37,090 nucleotides of DNA from Jimgerdemannia flammicorona (Eukaryota), in NCBI GenBank assembly GCA_003990765.1, contig RBNJ01000197.1:1-37090 (forward strand). The letters run 5' to 3'. This document shows positions 35,194 through 37,090 of the stretch, piece by piece. The translations under genes were made by a program, and so were the position numbers. Each line of letters starts with the position of its first letter. The first letter of the stretch is position 1. A model generated the notes under the pieces. That model was given only the letters and a program-made list of their open reading frames with translations. It was not told the DNA's origin and ran no database searches.

Positions 35194-36839
35194 AATACGT
35201 GTTGGGTAATAAATTAGGAAAAATGTTCGTTGTGGGAACGAAATTCCGAGAATTCCCAATGACTAAGATTACACCGGCAAGTGGATTAACACCCTTAATA
35301 CATGGCCAACAATTGCTTTGACCACTTACCAAAAAAAAAAAAAAAAAAAAAAAGTAAGCAGTTCTTCTAAAAATGCAAAGGCGTCCGTAAATAGTAAATA
35401 ATCTATAGAAGCCAGCAAAATTCGTGGGAATTACAATCCCCTTCAGTATAACAATATTAATGTTTCACCTCTGACCACAGGACATGACGATGAGCTGCCG
35501 TACGAAAGACCCATTGCGAACTTTGCGCATGACCAACTGCACCGATCGGGACGGTCAGTCAATAAAAAGTAACTCCCTTCCCACAGCGATTAAACTAACT
35601 AATTATAGAGGCACTACACGCCATATATGTTAATACCATTTGGCGCTTGCATGCTGGTGGAACCAATAGTTGCCATCCCCCCCAACCAAAAAAAAGAAGG
35701 AACTGCGACCTATATACACTTCATTCTGAGTACCCTTGTGCGCTGGCATTCATATCAACCTATCAGCCAAGCATATATGAATCGTCTAGCTCACCAACGC
35801 CAAAAGCAGCATGAGGTGGAGGAGATGGAGCACATAGTAAAACATTTCAATCGATATTTACAAAAATATGCAATCAGCCAAAACAAATCTATGGGCCACG
35901 ACCCCGCCAGTGAATTAATGGGCCATCTCCCTCCCCTTGAATGGTTTGACAAATCTTTGATTCCCCATGAACGAGTGTCGCCAAGGGTGTAACAGATCTC
36001 GGAGAACTGAACAATGTCGGGGTTTTTTTTTGTTCCTAAGGTCCTAAGGTTATTACTTTGAGATTGACGGACAGGTTGTCCTTCTCACCATTAGCTTCCA
36101 TTTTATTTTTTATCGATTTATTTTTACAAAAAATTTGAATGCAAATTTTTCGTTACCAAATCTATAATTCCATTCGGTGAATCTCAGGTACTGTCGCCTT
36201 AACAAACCCATTCATTATCAATAAATCCTTCACTTTTTTTTTTGGGTAAAGTATTTTCATTCGTAAAAATTCTTCTCTATTTCTCATTCATCACGCATCC
36301 TGTGAGTCCGATCGCTGCGTAAAGCACGAAAGCGCATGTACCTACCAGTTAATGGGACGTACACGATGACTCCACGCCGCAATAATGCAACCGTCGTTTT
36401 TATACAAACCGCTGGTTTCGATATCACAAACGGAACATTGCAAGGTTTGCTATTCTCCTATTGTCATATTGTATATACATCTTTGATTGCTTCCAGTGTA
36501 CCGCTCATAAAAATACCGGCGCCGATTTTTTCTCTATTCGTCCTCCCGAATGCCATCAAAGACGCAACCCGTCCCAAAATTCCACGTCCCCCTTTTCCCT
36601 CCCACTTGGCCAAACCAGTCAGCAGCATGAAACATCCACTACTTCCTACACCCATCCTCTCTCCACCGTCCTGTCCACAACCCAACTAACCCATCATTAT
36701 TTGGATAGCATGGGCTACGTTGGATTGCACGTGATACAAAAAATCGATTCGCGGAGTGCACGAAAACAAGTAGCAATGTTATTGACACATATTTCAATTG
36801 AAAGTGGAATAGGACTTTTGTTAAGGTATTGTTAAACAA

Positions 36840-36936
36840 AAAAATACTATAAAGGATCTTGCGCTTTAGTATTTCTAGTATAATTGTAATATAAATTAAT
36901 TATATTAATTAGAAGAGAGATATATATAATTATTAT

Positions 36937-36972
<36 letters not shown>

Positions 36973-37090
36973 TTTAAAAAATAAAATAAAAAAAAACCAA
37001 GCTTTTTAAAATTAAAATAAAAAATAAGTAAAAAAAAAAAAAAATAAAATTAATTAAATAATTAAAAAACTAAAAAAAAAAAAAAAATAC
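36840..37090. repeat. AT-rich low-complexity / poly(A) tract
   Basis: Almost entirely A/T, with long A runs. Confidence 0.85.

Noticed and set aside
35627..36835. ORFs of ~120 aa near the right end
   Set aside because: No recognisable domain or clear exon structure.
36840..37090. Telomere or LINE tail
   Set aside because: No telomeric unit and no GTGACTAT tail motif; it is only low-complexity A-rich sequence.

Overview
Eukaryotic, most likely fungal, DNA in two sharply different parts; coordinates are by eye and approximate unless a TSD or TIR is quoted. Bases ~1-29250 are an almost CpG-free block of nested, decayed transposons. It holds two minus-strand L1/Tx1-like LINEs (one apparently inside the other), two 5'-truncated LINE 3' ends with poly(A) and TSDs, three hAT-type fold-back MITEs, tandem repeats, and two divergently oriented Ty3/Gypsy elements. 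Both Gypsy elements encode a dUTPase, and both have a Cys-rich segment between protease and dUTPase. Conserved motifs are disabled largely by C>T/G>A changes, including non-CpG contexts (RIP-like). Bases ~29250-36840 are CpG-normal and carry an alginate-lyase-family pseudogene, an intact single-exon F-box/Cys-rich gene and a disrupted conserved hypothetical gene. An A-rich tail ends the window. No rRNA, tRNA or CRISPR was seen. The best leads are the dUTPase plus Cys/His Gypsy architecture and the patchy, sharply bounded cytosine hypermutation. I cannot establish novelty without database searches.
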